Shown piece after piece: positions 63,568 to 64,000 of a DNA stretch of 64,000 nt. Source of the stretch: Escherichia coli (GTDB taxonomy: Bacteria; Pseudomonadota; Gammaproteobacteria; Enterobacterales; Enterobacteriaceae); the NCBI RefSeq assembly GCF_017348835.2, contig NZ_CP071375.1, one strand, 5' to 3'. The notes under the pieces are model-generated. The model searched no databases and was not told where the DNA came from. It saw nothing but the letters and a program-made list of their open reading frames with translations. Positions within the stretch are counted from its first letter, which is position 1. Every line of letters starts with the position of its first letter. The translations under genes were made by a program, and so were the position numbers.

Positions 63568-64000
63568 ATGAGTCTGAATTTCCTTGATTTTGAACAGCCG
63601 ATTGCAGAGCTGGAAGCGAAAATCGATTCTCTGACTGCGGTTAGCCGTCAGGATGAGAAACTGGATATTAACATCGATGAAGAAGTGCATCGTCTGCGTG
63701 AAAAAAGCGTAGAACTGACGCGTAAAATCTTCGCCGATCTCGGTGCATGGCAGATTGCGCAACTGGCACGCCATCCACAGCGTCCTTATACCCTGGATTA
63801 CGTTCGCCTGGCATTTGATGAATTTGACGAACTGGCTGGCGACCGCGCGTATGCAGACGATAAAGCTATCGTCGGTGGTATCGCCCGTCTCGATGGTCGT
63901 CCGGTGATGATCATTGGTCATCAAAAAGGTCGTGAAACCAAAGAAAAAATTCGCCGTAACTTTGGTATGCCAGCGCCAGAAGGTTACCGCAAAGCACTGC
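63568..64000 (+). CDS. accA: Acetyl-CoA carboxylase carboxyltransferase alpha subunit, 5' part (partial)
   Basis: ATG at 63568 with AGGA SD upstream; translation [47 protein letters not shown]...; runs off the window end. Confidence 0.9.

Overview
This window is an Enterobacteriaceae (Escherichia coli-type) chromosomal segment collinear with the K-12 yadH–accA region, and it is almost entirely well-characterised core genome. Gene order: yadH (3' end), yadI, yadE, panD, yadD/rpnC, panCB, the yad chaperone-usher fimbrial operon (yadN-ecpD-htrE-yadMLKC, minus strand), folK-pcnB-gluQ-dksA-sfsA-ligT, hrpB, mrcB, fhuACDB, hemL, clcA, erpA, yadS, btuF, mtn, dgt, degP, cdaR, yaeH, dapD-glnD-map, rpsB-tsf, pyrH, frr, dxr, uppS-cdsA-rseP-bamA-skp-lpxD-fabZ-lpxA-lpxB-rnhB-dnaE, and accA (5' end). 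All calls rest on reading the supplied ORF translations and the nucleotide sequence by eye; no searches were run, and comparisons to K-12 are from memory. I found no CRISPR array, rRNA, obvious tRNA, IS element or prophage. The most interesting locus is yadD/rpnC (2682-3832): it carries an internal Shine-Dalgarno plus in-frame ATG near its 3' end and is followed by a diverged tandem duplicate of its tail that forms a stand-alone 69-aa ORF, a candidate Rpn toxin / small-antitoxin phage-defence arrangement with an extra small-protein copy. Other points worth a look are the apparent absence of yaeI between yaeH and dapD, a FhuA allele with divergent surface loops, an AT-rich and probably silenced fimbrial operon with a divergent YadC adhesin, and GC-rich palindromic intergenic repeats.
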